Translations under genes and position numbers: made by a program
The notes under the pieces: generated by a model
Told to the model about the DNA's origin: nothing
Database searches by the model: none
The model's input: the letters and a program-made list of their open reading frames with translations, nothing else
Source of the DNA: an uncultured virus (IMG/VR IMGVR_UViG_3300025015_000025)
Taxonomy: Duplodnaviria > Heunggongvirae > Uroviricota > Caudoviricetes
Direction: 5' to 3' (one strand)
IMG/VR virus record: IMGVR_UViG_3300025015_000025
Coordinates: 53,611-73,610 of that record
Length of the DNA: 20,000 nt
Shown here: in pieces, positions 1 to 8,406 of the stretch
Numbering within the stretch: position 1 is the stretch's first letter
How the letters are laid out: each line of letters opens with the position of its first letter

Positions 1-14
1 ACAAGGAGGACGAC

Positions 15-1415
15 ATGGACCATAAGCAATTGTACGAGGAATACCTGGGAAAACTGGCGCACATCTCCAAGAAGAAGGTGTGGGAGAAGTGGCTGGTCCA
101 GAAGGACGGCAAGACCCCGCTGGAGGGGTGGGATCGGCACATCACGGCCTGCATGCTGGAGAACGAGTTCCGGTACATCAACAACCTGGAAGAGGACGTG
201 CGGGCCATCAACATCGGCTCCTTCGCCAAGTACGCTCTTCCCATCGTCCGGCACACGTACCCCAACCTTATTTCCAAGGACCTCGTGGCCATGCAGCCCA
301 TGCCGGGCCCCATTTCGCTCGTGTTCTACCGCGATGTGATCTACGGGAGCAACAAGGGTAGGATTCGGCGCGGCGATACGGCCTTCGGCTCCCAGGTCGG
401 CCACGCCACGGCGGATTCCACATACTCGTCCGAGACGGTTCCCATGGAAGTCCCGGCCGGGTGGGTCGGTGACGGCGGGACCACCTCGTTCGGGTCCTCC
501 GTTCTGTCCTATCACCCCATCCGGCCCGGTTCCGTCGTGGGAGAGACCATCGTGGGCAGCGTGACCGTCCAGTTCCAGGATGACGGCGCGGGTGGAATCG
601 TCGGCCCCGAGATTTCCTCCGGGACCGTCAACTACACCACCGGTGCCATCGCCGTGGTGTTCGCTGACGCCCCTGATTCCCTGGCCAACATCTCCATCTC
701 CTACACATATGATTCCGAAGGCAGCGCCGACACGCCCAGCCTCGAATTCGTCATCTCCTCGGTTCCCGTGCAGGCCATGCCCCGCAAGCTACGGATCGTC
801 TGGTCCGTGGAAGCGCAGCAGGACTACGCCGCGATTCATGGCGGTGACGCAGAGGCCGACTTGGTGGCCGATGTTGGTGAGCAGTTCCGGTATGAGACCG
901 ACCGGGAAGTCATCACCGACCTGCTGTCCGTCGCGGATAGCACCTCCGTCGGCGTCTTCGACCTCACCCCCGGCCTGGGCCAGGACCCCCTGACGCACAA
1001 GATGCTGCTCCCCAGCAAGTTCATCCAGGCGTCTGGCGTCGTGCACCGCAAGGTCAAGAAGCAGATCGCATCCGCCGTGGTCATGGGCGAGAACGTCTCC
1101 AATGAGATCGAGTCGCTCCCCACCTTCAAGGGTGACACGCTCAAGGGCGACGGCGTGATCTTCGTCGGCAAGCTCAACAACCGGTGGGATTGCTACAGGG
1201 ATCCCGACATGGACCCCAACACCTATCTCGTCGTGGCCAAAGGGACCAACTCCACCGTGGACGCCGGGTATGTCCTGCTCCCGTACATCCCGCTCTACAC
1301 CACCGCGACGTACGAGCTGGATGACATGAAGCTCCGCAAGGGCCTCATGACCCGGTACGCCAAGAAGATCATCAACAAGAACTACTACGTGAAGGGGCTC
1401 GTCACCCAGTCGTAA
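15..1415 (+). CDS. gp23: Major capsid protein, T4 gp23-like (HK97 fold)
   Basis: 466 aa, strong SD AAGGAGG at 3-9. gp23-family motifs: WEKW..LEG..R..A.MLEN, LPIVRHTYPNLISKDLVAMQPMPGPISLVFY, V.AMPRKL..WSVEAQQD..AIHG.DAE, ETDREVI, GYVLLPYIPL, KGLMTRYA. GC3-rich codon usage. Confidence 0.96.
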   Translation: MDHKQLYEEYLGKLAHISKKKVWEKWLVQKDGKTPLEGWDRHITACMLENEFRYINNLEEDVRAINIGSFAKYALPIVRHTYPNLISKDLVAMQPMPGPISLVFYRDVIYGSNKGRIRRGDTAFGSQVGHATADSTYSSETVPMEVPAGWVGDGGTTSFGSSVLSYHPIRPGSVVGETIVGSVTVQFQDDGAGGIVGPEISSGTVNYTTGAIAVVFADAPDSLANISISYTYDSEGSADTPSLEFVISSVPVQAMPRKLRIVWSVEAQQDYAAIHGGDAEADLVADVGEQFRYETDREVITDLLSVADSTSVGVFDLTPGLGQDPLTHKMLLPSKFIQASGVVHRKVKKQIASAVVMGENVSNEIESLPTFKGDTLKGDGVIFVGKLNNRWDCYRDPDMDPNTYLVVAKGTNSTVDAGYVLLPYIPLYTTATYELDDMKLRKGLMTRYAKKIINKNYYVKGLVTQS

Positions 1416-1429
1416 GGGTAGACCTCCTC

Positions 1430-2014
1430 ATGGAATTCTGGAAAAACGCGAAGTCAAATCCTCGAACCCTCCCGACGCCTCGGGGGGGTTCGATTCTCAT
1501 TCTTCCTGGCCAGGTGGTTGCGGGGGTCTGGTGGCGGCGCTACGCCGGGGAATTCCTCGTTGGAATGGATTCCGCCACGCCGGAGACCCTCGTATGGTGG
1601 CCCAAGACGAAGTTGGACGAGGCGCAGACGATGCCGGAGTACATGGACATTCTGCAACGGCATCGCAACGGGGAGGACATGTCCCTTCCCTATCCGTTGA
1701 CGGCTGCGCCCGTTTCGACGCCCGCTCCTGTAAGTGTTCCTCCTCCCGTGAAAGTCGCAAAGGTTGCGCCTGAACCTTCGCCGGAACCTGTTCCAGAGCC
1801 TTCCCTTGCGGAACCGGTCGTGGAGGCCGCCCAGGAGCCTGTGGGCGCGTCTGAGGCGTTGCCCACCCTCAGTGTGGAATCCATCAAAGAGGAATTGGCC
1901 GGTCTGGACATGACCGAACTCCGTGAGGAAGCCAAGAAGCTCGGCGTTAAGAGCTTCGGCGTCTCCAAGGACCTGCTCATCCAGCGTATTGCTGAAGCTA
2001 CTGCGGCGGAGTAG
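1430..2014 (+). CDS. Pro/Ala/Glu-rich linker protein with C-terminal Rho-N/HeH-like helical domain
   Basis: 194 aa. PEPSPEPVPEP low-complexity linker; C-terminal MTELREEAKKLGVKSFGVSKDLLIQRIAEA matches the Rho_N-type helix-extension-helix pattern often found just downstream of phage capsid genes. Confidence 0.75.
   Translation: MEFWKNAKSNPRTLPTPRGGSILILPGQVVAGVWWRRYAGEFLVGMDSATPETLVWWPKTKLDEAQTMPEYMDILQRHRNGEDMSLPYPLTAAPVSTPAPVSVPPPVKVAKVAPEPSPEPVPEPSLAEPVVEAAQEPVGASEALPTLSVESIKEELAGLDMTELREEAKKLGVKSFGVSKDLLIQRIAEATAAE
1462..1503 (+). terminator. Strong hairpin (putative leaky terminator or mRNA 3' stabiliser) downstream of capsid gene, inside next CDS
   Basis: TCGAACCCTCCCGA (1462-1475), loop CGCC, TCGGGGGGGTTCGA (1480-1493): 14-bp stem with one G:U, followed by pyrimidine-rich TTCTCATTCT. 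Confidence 0.6.
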
Positions 2015-2022
2015 GGGGGCCT

Positions 2023-2754
2023 ATGGCCACCGCGACGCTGACGGAGACCGCGATTCGGGATTGGGTGCGCCGGAAGCTCGGTGGCAACACGGTAGACTTG
2101 GAAATCCGGCCGGACGACTACACGGATGCTTTGCAAGAAGCCGTGGAGAAGTATTTCAAGCACAAGCCGCTCCGGATCATCAAAACCTATAATCAGCCTG
2201 CGGACTCGTCCACCATCATCCCTCCGGACGGGTGCAAAGGCTTATCCAACTGCCGCATTGTCCGAGAAACGGAGTTGAGCCCGCTCCGATCCTTGGATGG
2301 CGGAGGTCTGTTTGCCCCCATGGGCGTCCGCGTGTTCGCGCCTACCTCCGTGGATCTGCACACGGTAGAGCTATCCCAGAAGTGGCTGGACCTGACGGGG
2401 CGCATCCTTGGATCCGATCCGGACTGGTACTATGACTACTACACGGATGAACTGAAAATCGTCTCTCCCGGCACCAGTTGCAAAGTGACCGTGGATTGGT
2501 TGCAACCGGGCCTGTACCCCGATGACCTGGAGCGGGTGCCACAGACGGATCACGACTGGATCAAGCGGTATACGTTGGCGGCCGTCAAGGAGCCTTTGGG
2601 ACGAGCGAGGTCAAAATATGACGCGGTTCCCGTTGCGGGCACGACACTCCAGATGGACGGGGAACGTTTACTCACGGAAAGCAAAGAAGAGCGGGAAGCG
2701 CTGATCGAGGAGTTGAAAAATTCCTCTGCGACGCTATTCCCGCGATGGGGGTAG
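2023..2754 (+). CDS. gp13: Neck protein / head-tail adaptor, T4 gp13-like
   Basis: 243 aa. N-terminal IRDWVRRKLGG..VDLEI and C-terminal WIKRYTLAAVKEPLGRARSKY...LQMDGERLLTESKEEREALIEEL resemble gp13 family termini; located after the capsid gene. Confidence 0.88.
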   Translation: MATATLTETAIRDWVRRKLGGNTVDLEIRPDDYTDALQEAVEKYFKHKPLRIIKTYNQPADSSTIIPPDGCKGLSNCRIVRETELSPLRSLDGGGLFAPMGVRVFAPTSVDLHTVELSQKWLDLTGRILGSDPDWYYDYYTDELKIVSPGTSCKVTVDWLQPGLYPDDLERVPQTDHDWIKRYTLAAVKEPLGRARSKYDAVPVAGTTLQMDGERLLTESKEEREALIEELKNSSATLFPRWG

Positions 2755-2756
2755 TT

Positions 2757-3125
2757 ATGAAACGCTGGATCACGCAGAAGATCATTGCTTTTGTCCTGCG
2801 GCAAATTCGTTTGGAGTTGCGCAATGAGCCCCTCACGGAGGAGTTCATTCGCGTGTACAACGCGGGAGGCAATCTCATATCCTGCGTGCAAGCCGTGACG
2901 GTGAAAACCGGCGTGGACTCCGACGATTTGGCGTTACAAGTGGCCACGGACACGCTCAAGGATGTCAAGAAACTTGGGCAGACTCTCCAGATGTACTGTG
3001 AGAACCGGCCCTTGCGGGAAGTGGTGCGTCTATCGCAGAGCGTGAAGTTCCCCGCGCACGTGACCGAGTTGGGAGTTCCGCCCAGCGTCGGTGAACTGCT
3101 GATCTATCTCTTGGAGAAGCGATAG
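2757..3125 (+). CDS. Hypothetical protein (~122 aa)
   Basis: Fills the gap between coupled genes; ATG 2757 lies just after the upstream TAG (alternative start 2745). No family recognised. Confidence 0.65.
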   Translation: MKRWITQKIIAFVLRQIRLELRNEPLTEEFIRVYNAGGNLISCVQAVTVKTGVDSDDLALQVATDTLKDVKKLGQTLQMYCENRPLREVVRLSQSVKFPAHVTELGVPPSVGELLIYLLEKR

Positions 3126-3415
3126 TGGTTCTGTGGGATAAGTTCGCTGAGACGCACACGGCGTCCATGGCGTTGTCTGACGTTGAGGATGCCGTAACCT
3201 CCATGGACAGTGCTTGGGAGGAGTTGGCGAACGCCCTGGTGCAGCAACAGGCGGGGCATGGATTCCGCCGGTGGGGGCTTCAGGATGAATTTGACCATCT
3301 CTACACGGCGGCCAAAGACTTCAAGGAGAAACTGACGGCGTTCCGTGTGAAGTTGGATGCCAAGGTTGAAGAACTGCAACAGGAAGTCGATACCTTGGAC
3401 GATGAGGAGTCGTAG
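3125..3415 (+). CDS. Hypothetical acidic helical/coiled-coil protein (96 aa)
   Basis: GTG start overlapping the upstream TAG, GGAG SD at 3113-3116; heptad-like C-terminus FKEKLTAFRVKLDAKVEELQQEVDTL. Confidence 0.7.
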   Translation: MVLWDKFAETHTASMALSDVEDAVTSMDSAWEELANALVQQQAGHGFRRWGLQDEFDHLYTAAKDFKEKLTAFRVKLDAKVEELQQEVDTLDDEES

Positions 3416-4158
3416 TGCTATACGAGCGGGAGTACGCGGAGTTCTGCTGGTATGCCAAGGTAACGGATTACGGAACCCGCTTGGAGGAGTTCTCTCTACC
3501 CGTGCCCGTCGCATTGAAAGCCAAGTTCAATTTCATCAAGACGCTGGCCGTAGAGACGGGAACCAGCGTAAAGGACCTGGTGAAGGGGTTCCTGGACAAA
3601 ACGGTATTTGCGCTGTTTTCTAAGATCGGTTGGGATATCAAGAAGCTATGGGACGTGCTGAAAAAGGGCTTTGAAGCCTATAAAAACGTTTTGGATGCCA
3701 TCGCCGACTACGTAGCCAAGAGCGGAGTAGGGAAGTGGACCGGAGAACGGCTGGAGGCATTAGACCAGTTTCTTAAATCCCACCCGAAGACCAGAACCTT
3801 GGCGGGCGTGGCCGTCGCTGGCCTCCTGATTTACATTTGGCTGAACATGGCATTCACGGGGGATGTCAAGTATGATTTTGACCTGACGGACGCCGTGAAG
3901 GCGCTGACCGGTCAGTTCTCCCTATCGGCGTTATTTGCGGGTACGGATGGGGTGAAGCTCCTTCTGCTCTTGGCCACGGGCCTCCTGGGGGCTTCGTTCC
4001 CCTGGCCCGGCCCAACGTCGGCTAAGTTCCTCGTGGCCGTGGTCCGTGGTATCGCCTCCTGGGCCAAACAGCGCTTTGGTAAGTTGGAGCCCGGCGCGGA
4101 GGCAGCACAGGCGGAGTCCGTGTCCTTGACGGCGGATATCCTCCTGCTGTGGGGATGA
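3415..4158 (+). CDS. Putative membrane-associated protein (247 aa)
   Basis: GTG start overlapping TAG, SD GAGGAG at 3404-3409; amphipathic helices plus hydrophobic segments LAGVAVAGLLIYIWLNMAF and VKLLLLLATGLLGASFPWP. Confidence 0.75.
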   Translation: MLYEREYAEFCWYAKVTDYGTRLEEFSLPVPVALKAKFNFIKTLAVETGTSVKDLVKGFLDKTVFALFSKIGWDIKKLWDVLKKGFEAYKNVLDAIADYVAKSGVGKWTGERLEALDQFLKSHPKTRTLAGVAVAGLLIYIWLNMAFTGDVKYDFDLTDAVKALTGQFSLSALFAGTDGVKLLLLLATGLLGASFPWPGPTSAKFLVAVVRGIASWAKQRFGKLEPGAEAAQAESVSLTADILLLWG

Positions 4159-4159
4159 C

Positions 4160-4654
4160 ATGGGACGCTTTCGGGGGACGATTCCCGCCAAACTGGCCGC
4201 ATCAAGTACGGACAGGGAGTTTTTCAGCCATGTCGTGATGGACGCATGGAAGACGTTCTTTAAGAAAATTGAAATCTGGAAGTGGAAGAATACCCCTGAT
4301 GAGGCGAGTAAAATCTACTTGGAGTCTCCTGACCGCATATTGTATAGCGCCTATTCCGTGGAAGGGTATGTAGACGATAAACCCGGTTGGGATCCGAACT
4401 TGACCAAGGCCGGAATGGACTCCACGCGGGAGTTGAAGTGCCATTTCAGCGTGGACATGTTGCGCGAGATGAACGTGGAATGGCCGTTGATCGGGGACCT
4501 ACTGGTCATTGACGATCAGTACTACGAAATCAAAGACACGGACCCCATGGACAACTTCGCCAACCAGGAATACCAACTCATCTACTCCGTCTTCATGCGG
4601 CTCTATCACCATGACAAGGTCAATCCCCCCCGCCGGGGTCGGAGCGTCCGATGA
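4160..4654 (+). CDS. Head closure / neck protein, T4 gp14-like
   Basis: 164 aa. IYLE near the N-terminus, LTKAGMD..ELKCHFS, PLIGDLLVIDDQYYEI pattern typical of head-closure beta-barrels; synteny. Confidence 0.72.
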   Translation: MGRFRGTIPAKLAASSTDREFFSHVVMDAWKTFFKKIEIWKWKNTPDEASKIYLESPDRILYSAYSVEGYVDDKPGWDPNLTKAGMDSTRELKCHFSVDMLREMNVEWPLIGDLLVIDDQYYEIKDTDPMDNFANQEYQLIYSVFMRLYHHDKVNPPRRGRSVR

Positions 4655-5199
4655 CTCTACGGGTGCGGTCCACGGTGGCCACCACGAATCCAGTGACCGT
4701 CCACCTCAATGTCTTCAAGAAGAAAGGCATGGTGCTGTCCCGAATCGTGGCCATGAAGATTGCGCAGGCGCAGGCTGAGGAGGTCAAGAGCGTCATCGAC
4801 ACGCAATTGTACCGGTGGAAGCCCTTATCCCCGAAGTATCTCCAGTTCAAGGAACGCAACCGGTTGGATCTTCGGAAGCTGATCGCGGGAGGGGATTACG
4901 TCAGAAGTATTTCCGCCCGGTGGACGACCAAAGATCGCATTGTCGTCGGTCCCCTGCGTCGGCGGCACCAGAATCCCCTCACGGGCCGGTATGACGGCCC
5001 CATGTTGCCCAAGATCGCCCGATGGATGGAGTTTGGCGTTCCGTCCCGCAATATCCCAGCACGTCAAAGCTGGCGGCCCGTGGCGGCGAAGATCAAACGC
5101 GAGATGGCTAAGACCTTCCGTCGATTTCAAAAGGACGTGCTAAAGCCGATCCGGGACGACGTGCGCAAGGGCGTCAAGTACAAGAGGAAGAACTCATGA
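4651..5199 (+). CDS. Tail completion / virion morphogenesis protein (HK97 gp10 / Mu gpG-like)
   Basis: 182 aa, basic. WKPLSPKY..K, LIAGGDY..SI and IARWMEFG...IPARQSWRP match the family pattern (A..HEFG...IPARP..RP). ATGA overlap with the upstream gene. Confidence 0.8.
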   Translation: MTLRVRSTVATTNPVTVHLNVFKKKGMVLSRIVAMKIAQAQAEEVKSVIDTQLYRWKPLSPKYLQFKERNRLDLRKLIAGGDYVRSISARWTTKDRIVVGPLRRRHQNPLTGRYDGPMLPKIARWMEFGVPSRNIPARQSWRPVAAKIKREMAKTFRRFQKDVLKPIRDDVRKGVKYKRKNS

Positions 5200-5894
5200 G
5201 CCCCCAAGTGAACGTAGTTCCTAATCCGATAGGGTCCGTGGATGCTCTATTGCAGACGTATTTCACGCTGACCCTACCCTCAGCGAAGGTGACCGTCGTC
5301 CCCGTCATGGTCGTTCCAAGGCCAGAATTGGCGTATCAAAAGGACGTGGACCCGCAAAATAGCTTTCTGCTCCCGGATAATGAGGCCGACCGGTTGCGGT
5401 TCCCGTCGCTGACCTTGCAAAAGTCCTTTGGATTTGACCTTTCTGAGGGGGAGAGCAACGCGCTATTACGTGATTTGGAACTGTCCCGTGATGGGAACCT
5501 GATGAAGGTGGTCCAGATTCCCCGGTGGATACGAGTCCCATACCAGATGGACTTTGAAGCCAAGTGGCACAGGGACATCAATGAATTTATCGTGCTCTTC
5601 AATCAGAAGTTCCCACGAAAGGTCATATCGTCATCCATTGAACTTCCGGACCATCCGGGCCGGTGGCGAGTTGACATTATTTGGGAGCCTCCCTTGGTGG
5701 ACAACTCTGATTTAGAGGGCTTGGAGCAGGAGCGCCGTCTGCGCCTGACTGCATCGTTGCAGGTGGAGATGCCGTTACAGTTTACACCGGAATGGGCGCG
5801 CACCGTCCGCAAGGTGCTTGTCGATGCGTACGTTCAACAACCTGGCGACGCCGAGCCTACCTTGGTCGCCGAGATCGTTCTCCAGGAGGGTTGA
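5196..5894 (+). CDS. Tail terminator / sheath stabiliser, T4 gp15-like
   Basis: 232 aa. RLRFPSLTL, P.WIRVPYQMDF, DNSDLEGLEQERRLRLTASLQVE pattern; located before the sheath gene. Confidence 0.75.
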   Translation: MSPQVNVVPNPIGSVDALLQTYFTLTLPSAKVTVVPVMVVPRPELAYQKDVDPQNSFLLPDNEADRLRFPSLTLQKSFGFDLSEGESNALLRDLELSRDGNLMKVVQIPRWIRVPYQMDFEAKWHRDINEFIVLFNQKFPRKVISSSIELPDHPGRWRVDIIWEPPLVDNSDLEGLEQERRLRLTASLQVEMPLQFTPEWARTVRKVLVDAYVQQPGDAEPTLVAEIVLQEG

Positions 5895-5975
5895 GCCTTG
5901 CGCTGGGGCCGAATCTTCCAAACCCGAGGGTGTCAGAACAGAGAACCAGACTGCCGAACTATGGCATGAGGAGTC

Positions 5976-6230
5976 ATGATGAAGATCGTCCTGAATCGTT
6001 TGAACCAGGCAATGAGCGTCGTGTTGCGCGGGGGACAAGTCCTCCGCCTCAAGGCGTATGGTCGGAGCGATCCTATTCCCAACGAGGAATTTGTGCCGGA
6101 GTCGTACAAGAACGTCGCCAACAAGCGCATTCTCATTCAGGACGTTCCCGACGTTCCCGGAACCGCTCCCGCCGAGGACTCCCCCAAACCGGCCGCGTTT
6201 AACCGCGCGGGCCGCCGCGCCGGACGTTAA
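5976..6230 (+). CDS. Small hypothetical protein upstream of sheath (84 aa)
   Basis: SD GAGGAG at 5968-5973 (ATG at 5976 or 5979); beta-rich N-terminus, Pro/Ala/Arg-rich tail. Confidence 0.7.
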   Translation: MMKIVLNRLNQAMSVVLRGGQVLRLKAYGRSDPIPNEEFVPESYKNVANKRILIQDVPDVPGTAPAEDSPKPAAFNRAGRRAGR

Positions 6231-6239
6231 GGAGACCCC

Positions 6240-8378
6240 ATGTCTGTACATGTCAGCCCTGGAATTTACACCACAGAACGGGATCTCTCGGCCTATGTGG
6301 CCAATCTGTCCACGTGCATCTTCGGCGTCGCCGGGGAGTTTGAAAAGGGGCGTACGGACAAAATCACGGACATCACCAACGTTCTGGATTTAGCGTTAGA
6401 GTTTGGCAATGTGAATCCTAATTATCTGGCCACCTACGCCGTCATTGCGTACCTGCGGAACGGGAAAAACGCCAAAGTGCTACGCACCACCGGAGCTGCC
6501 GCCGATGAAGCACGGATTATTGTGACGGCTGGAGCCACGCCTGGATCGCATACCGGCACCGTGGCGGGGCCGTTTACGCTCGTGGCGCACGTGGACGCGC
6601 AGGCCGCGACGTTCACGGGGATCGAGGCGGAGAACTTCAACATCTCCACCGGCGTGAATGACAAGTTCCTGGTGGCCATTGTTCCAGATCCCGGCGCGTC
6701 GCCCTATACGGTCACGTTGACCGCTGGCAGTCGAACGGCCGCGCAAATCTGCGGTGAATTGAACGCTGGATCCGCTGGACTAACGTTTGCTCCCGATGGA
6801 GGCAAGATCAAGGTTACACACAATACTACGGGCGCGGCCGCCACGTTCACGGTTACCGCCGTCGCCAACGATTGCTATACCACGTTGGGATTTACAGCAG
6901 CCGTCGGCGTGGCAAAGGCGGGCGCGGATGTCATCGCGGGGACGGATTACATCAAGTTGGTCATTGACACGGGTCACACAATCACTGGTTACCTCGGCGG
7001 CGGGACGCTGACGGCGTCGCAGGTTGCTACCGCTATCAACGCTCTGACGGATTTCAGCCTGTGGGGCCTGGCGGAAGTTGTCAACAACAAGATTAAGATT
7101 TCCTCCTTGACTACAGGTGCGGCCTCTAACCTCACCATGCATGCCGATTCCCTTTGCGAAACCGCGTTAGGATGGGATAATGTCACGTACACCGGCGTGG
7201 CCTCCGGCGGAACGGCGTTTACCGCGTACGCCTATTCCAAAGGCGTCTGGGCCAACGGGTTCCAGGTCGTCACGTCTGCGGGCAGTATTTCCAGCACATT
7301 CAAGTTAACTGTCAAGGATACAGGCGGGAATTCCCTTTACGTCGCGGACGTGCTGGACATGGACCCCACATCCCCGTATTTCATCATGAAAAAGATCTCC
7401 TCGCATTACATTGAGATCGACATGACGGGATCCACGTTGACAACTCCTACGTTGGGGACCTTCACCCTGGCCGCCGGTGTGGATGCAGCGGCCTTGGACG
7501 CGGATTTCGTCGCGTCCCTCCAGGCGTTCACTAATGTGGACCGCGTGGATGTCAATCTTCTGGCTGTCCCCGGCGAGTACGCCCATGCCGTCGTCACGGA
7601 ACTGCTGACCATCGCGGAGACACGGGGTGACTGCCTGGCCCTGATTGATCCTCCCATCGGCTTTGACGTGTCGGAAGTGATCGACTGGCACAACGGCTGG
7701 TTGGCCCCCAACAGTTCGCATGTCGCCTATGACTCGTCCTACGGCGCGCTATTCTGGCCGTGGTTGAAGGTCCAGGACTACACGAACAAGCAGGAAGTGT
7801 GGGTTCCGCCGTCCGGCTTCGTCGCGGGAGCCATCGCCTACACCGACTTCAACGCCGAGGTCTGGCAGGCTCCCGCCGGTCCCGTCTACGGTCGTCTCAT
7901 CAACGTGATGGAACTGGAATTCGAGGCGGATCAGGGGGACCGGGATCTCCTGTATGGGAACGGCAACGCGGTCAATCCCATCATCGCTCCCCCGCGTCAT
8001 GGCGTAACCATCTTCGGTCAGCGGACGCTCCAACGCGCCCCGACGGCCATGGATCGGATCAACGTCCGCCGGTTGCTCCTGTACCTCCGCAAGACGATTG
8101 CTGCATCTTCCTACCTGCTGTTGTTCCAATTGGACGATGCCGTGACCTGGCGGCGGTTCAAGGGGTTGGTGGAACCGTTCCTGGAGGGCGTCAAGAACCG
8201 CCGGGGGTTGAATAGCTACGCCGTCAAGTGTGACGCGGCCACCAATCCCCCGGACGCCATTGCCCGGAATGAAATGCACGGGGTCATTATCTTGGACCCC
8301 ACGCGCGTGGCGGAAATCATCCAGATCGACTTCGTGGTCACGCCCTCCGGCGCGGACCTGAACGAGTTCACTATCTAA
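6240..8378 (+). CDS. gp18: Contractile tail sheath protein, T4 gp18-like
   Basis: 712 aa, SD AAGGAG. VSPGIYTTERDLS N-terminus; LAVPG, RGDCLALIDPP, YGALFWPW, WVPPSG, WQAPAG..G, LY..AVNPI, FGQRT, DRINVRRL, CD..TNPPD.I.RNE, P.RVAE.I motifs. Confidence 0.97.
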   Translation: MSVHVSPGIYTTERDLSAYVANLSTCIFGVAGEFEKGRTDKITDITNVLDLALEFGNVNPNYLATYAVIAYLRNGKNAKVLRTTGAAADEARIIVTAGATPGSHTGTVAGPFTLVAHVDAQAATFTGIEAENFNISTGVNDKFLVAIVPDPGASPYTVTLTAGSRTAAQICGELNAGSAGLTFAPDGGKIKVTHNTTGAAATFTVTAVANDCYTTLGFTAAVGVAKAGADVIAGTDYIKLVIDTGHTITGYLGGGTLTASQVATAINALTDFSLWGLAEVVNNKIKISSLTTGAASNLTMHADSLCETALGWDNVTYTGVASGGTAFTAYAYSKGVWANGFQVVTSAGSISSTFKLTVKDTGGNSLYVADVLDMDPTSPYFIMKKISSHYIEIDMTGSTLTTPTLGTFTLAAGVDAAALDADFVASLQAFTNVDRVDVNLLAVPGEYAHAVVTELLTIAETRGDCLALIDPPIGFDVSEVIDWHNGWLAPNSSHVAYDSSYGALFWPWLKVQDYTNKQEVWVPPSGFVAGAIAYTDFNAEVWQAPAGPVYGRLINVMELEFEADQGDRDLLYGNGNAVNPIIAPPRHGVTIFGQRTLQRAPTAMDRINVRRLLLYLRKTIAASSYLLLFQLDDAVTWRRFKGLVEPFLEGVKNRRGLNSYAVKCDAATNPPDAIARNEMHGVIILDPTRVAEIIQIDFVVTPSGADLNEFTI

Positions 8379-8406
8379 TGGCCTTCATGAACCCCCTCTC
8401 CGTCGA

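Noticed and set aside
1382..1432. Possible -1 frameshift fusing capsid protein to the Rho_N-like ORF (the -1 frame is open across the capsid stop)
   Set aside because: No X-XXY-YYZ slippery site near the capsid 3' end, and open -1 frames are expected in GC3-rich genes.
2023..3417. Several consecutive genes ending in TAG (possible stop-codon recoding)
   Set aside because: Downstream genes have their own starts, mostly in different frames; gp13 ends at its expected C-terminus; long genes are intact under the standard code.
5895..5975. 81-nt intergenic gap before the small pre-sheath gene
   Set aside because: No convincing sigma70 or T4 late (TATAAATA) promoter and no strong hairpin visible.
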